In this document: piece after piece, positions 62,796-64,000 of the stretch | How the letters are laid out: each line of letters begins with the position of its first letter | Position numbering within the stretch: the stretch's first letter is position 1 | Source: an uncultured candidatus Porisulfidus sp. | Lineage (GTDB): Bacteria; Pseudomonadota; Gammaproteobacteria; Poriferisulfidales; Oxydemutatoraceae | Direction of reading: 5' to 3' | Length of the DNA: 64,000 nucleotides | NCBI GenBank assembly: GCA_965215125.1 | Contig: OZ244052.1 | Location: forward strand, 1,088,001-1,152,000 | Program-made: the position numbers and the translations under genes | The notes under the pieces: generated by a model | The model's database searches: none | The model's input: only the letters and a program-made list of their open reading frames with translations | Told to the model about the DNA's origin: nothing

Positions 62796-63917
62796 CTATG
62801 CTTCAAATTCTTGGTTGATTGCTTTGTCCAACGCATGCTGTACGCTTTCCGTCAATTCGGCGCGCTTGTTCTCGTCGTCAAACGCTTTGTAAGGAATCAA
62901 CCGGATTAGATCCTTTAAGCCCTTAAAAAAGTATATCTTCGCATTGACTTGATCAATATTAAGTTTTTCTGCAATGTCTTCAACCAATTCATCGCTATAC
63001 CATCCCTTTTCCTTTAATTCCAATATCTGCTCCAAGAGTGCTTGACCGCCGTGCGATAATGCCAAATTATAATTGTTATGTACTTTATCCATCAACCCGT
63101 CGCATTGGTGATACATGCCGCCCAATAATTTGAGTTGATACATGTCGTCCATGATTGCTTTCAGATGAGATTTAGGCAGAGAACGATTATCTTTCTCGAC
63201 CTCTGTCGCAAGTCCGTCTAGCAGAAAACCGACTGCTTCTATAAATTTTTGTTTGCCGCAGTCCTTGACGACCTTGTTGTAGGCTTGTGTGATGCTTTTA
63301 TAGTCTAGTACTACGTCTCTATAAAGATCTCTGAGTCCTTGAACCGTGCCGACCCCTTGTTCGGCTGCGGCTGCGGCACTTTGAGAGACGTTGATACCGG
63401 CGTAGATTTGCGGCCCGTGTCGGGCTTCCAGTTGTGTGAGCGCATTGCCCAAATTTGTAACCAGTTCGGAGTCCGCGCCGTCTTCTTGCAACAGGTCTCG
63501 GGCATAAGAAAGTGCAAGGAATTGATGGCTGACATCAGGGTAGGATTTCGCAGCGAACTCTTGTAATTGTTTCGGACCGCTGGATTTATGCATTTCTGCG
63601 ACTTGTTTGGCAAACGCCGCAAGTTTCTTGTTTTTTTCGAGGTCGTTGACTTGTCTTAAATAATGTTCGGCTTGTTTCATCGCAAAAGATTTAATCCCGG
63701 TTTTGCCCAATTTGCGCTTGGCGAGTTTTTTCTCTACTTTCTCGCTATGTACAAAGCTCAATTCCTCTGCCGAATCTTCTAACATCGCTACCGGATCCTG
63801 AACTAGCGCGACGCGTTGACCTTGATAATTTCCGTCGGCGCGTGCTGCGCGCCCGGAAGGCTGAGCCGTACTATTGGAAGTCAGCGGTGTGGTAGCCGGG
63901 TTGTGAACATCAACCAT
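62796..63917 (-). CDS. sctW: T3SS gatekeeper SctW (fused YopN-TyeA type)
   Basis: GNYQGQRV, DSAEEL, DVSHQFLAL, IYAGIN, LRDLYRD, and a TyeA-like end IPYKAFDDENKR..ALDKAINQE. Confidence 0.92.
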   Translation of the reverse strand: MVDVHNPATTPLTSNSTAQPSGRAARADGNYQGQRVALVQDPVAMLEDSAEELSFVHSEKVEKKLAKRKLGKTGIKSFAMKQAEHYLRQVNDLEKNKKLAAFAKQVAEMHKSSGPKQLQEFAAKSYPDVSHQFLALSYARDLLQEDGADSELVTNLGNALTQLEARHGPQIYAGINVSQSAAAAAEQGVGTVQGLRDLYRDVVLDYKSITQAYNKVVKDCGKQKFIEAVGFLLDGLATEVEKDNRSLPKSHLKAIMDDMYQLKLLGGMYHQCDGLMDKVHNNYNLALSHGGQALLEQILELKEKGWYSDELVEDIAEKLNIDQVNAKIYFFKGLKDLIRLIPYKAFDDENKRAELTESVQHALDKAINQEFEA

Positions 63918-64000
63918 GACGTGCTTCGTGAACAGACAGCCGTGTTATACCCGAGTAGCTATAGCTTCGGTGGTCGTGTTACTACTTTGCATTAACTGTT

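Overview
A 64-kb chromosomal window from a bacterium whose gene set looks gammaproteobacterial. It covers the probable replication-origin region: dnaA-dnaN with an oriC-like spacer and two parS sites, while rpmH-rnpA-yidC-mnmE sits about 43 kb away from dnaA. Housekeeping blocks are shuffled (thiDE, folP, lepA, rho, purH, glnK-amtB, an aa3-type cox cluster, folBK, a pteridine reductase, uppP, cca). Accessory content includes an oxyR-like regulator divergent from a serine-cycle/glyoxylate cassette (sga-mcl-mtkAB-hpr), scattered glycosyl/fucosyltransferases plus gmd-fcl, and a cassette of two methyltransferases and a small nuclease inserted inside the cox cluster. The window ends in part of a Ysc-type type III secretion locus, with a STAS (anti-anti-sigma) gene embedded in the sctW-sycN-sctX-sctY-sctV operon, followed by a SopB/IpgD-like effector and an unknown repeat-containing effector candidate. 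Mobile DNA comprises a partly self-duplicated IS256, a MITE, several REP-like hairpin families, a triple-nested IS1111>IS1380>IS481 stack and an IS110. For both IS110-superfamily elements, candidate guide segments of the bridge/seek RNA can be read directly against their own insertion junctions. All family calls come from visual motif recognition; no database searches were run.
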